A stretch of DNA of 59,547 nucleotides, counting the filler, from Actinomycetota bacterium (lineage in GTDB: Bacteria; Actinomycetota; Actinomycetes; JAKEEW01): NCBI GenBank assembly GCA_046725875.1. It is 4 parts of 4 records of this genome, joined end to end, with 100 filler letters (N's around TTAATTAATTAA, not from the genome) between each part and the next. Parts side by side here need not be neighbours in the genome. Positions count along the whole stretch, not along the records: positions 48,866 to 59,547 come from JBKOZJ010000197.1; 3 more parts are not named here. One strand, 5' to 3'. Under the pieces are notes generated by a model. It saw only the letters and a program-made list of their open reading frames with translations. It was not told where the DNA came from and ran no database searches. The position numbers were made by a program, and so were the translations under genes. This document shows positions 59,224 through 59,547 of this stretch, piece after piece. The first letter of the stretch is position 1. Every line of letters begins with the position of its first letter.

Positions 59224-59547
59224 GTGCATCGAATTTTCCGGACCGCCGCGGCTGCGGCCGCCTGTGTCGCCGCGCTCGCGGCCTGCTCGTCGCGCGACGA
59301 CTCGAACTCGCCCGCTCGGTCCGGGTCTCCATCGTCATCCGCGCCGGCCGCCGATGAGGCGTGCCAGAAGGTGGTCGCCCTGATCGGCTTCGCCGACCAC
59401 TGGCTGCTGCCTGCCGGCCAGGAAGCCCGGCAAGTGTTCGACGATGCGGCTCGCGGAGCCATCGCCGAGGTCGTGGGGACCGTGGACGGCTACGGTACCC
59501 AGCTACCGGTATCTGTTCGGCCAGCTGCCGAGCGTCTCGCGGCGGAC
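59224..59547 (+). CDS. Putative lipoprotein (partial, runs off the window)
   Basis: TAGGAT-6 bp-GTG; MHRIFRTAAAAAACVAALAAC lipobox; open to the end of the window. Confidence 0.6.
   Translation, partial: MHRIFRTAAAAAACVAALAACSSRDDSNSPARSGSPSSSAPAADEACQKVVALIGFADHWLLPAGQEARQVFDDAARGAIAEVVGTVDGYGTQLPVSVRPAAERLAAD

Overview
High-GC actinobacterial DNA, most likely a metagenome-assembled or draft genome. Four contigs are joined by artificial 100-bp spacers (N44-TTAATTAATTAA-N44 at 13933-14032, 38677-38776, 48766-48865), and a Nextera adapter remnant sits at 13913-13932, so linkage across the spacers means nothing. Contig 1 (1-13912): Ser/Thr kinase divergent from an ECF sigma factor; a tyrosine/homogentisate catabolic cluster (Lrp regulator, hppD, OCD-family protein with a long acidic tail, fahA, a conserved hypothetical, hmgA); a GH18 hydrolase; a Ni/Co transporter. 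Contig 2 (14033-38676): two stand-alone LigD-type primase-polymerases with an Ada-like Cys protein; hpnB; a DosR/DosS-like hypoxia island with visible DosR boxes, USP, Acg, FDOR proteins, an uncharacterised two-gene membrane module and decayed hydrogenase, narK and prpE genes; then GH65, a coupled PAP2-kinase/lipoprotein/PAP2 operon and two orphan solute-binding proteins. Contig 3: lhgO, large secreted proteins and a polysaccharide locus. Contig 4: lytic transglycosylase, polA, thioesterase, GNAT, livHMGF. No rRNA, tRNA, CRISPR array or transposase was recognised. All calls come from reading motifs by eye; no searches were run.
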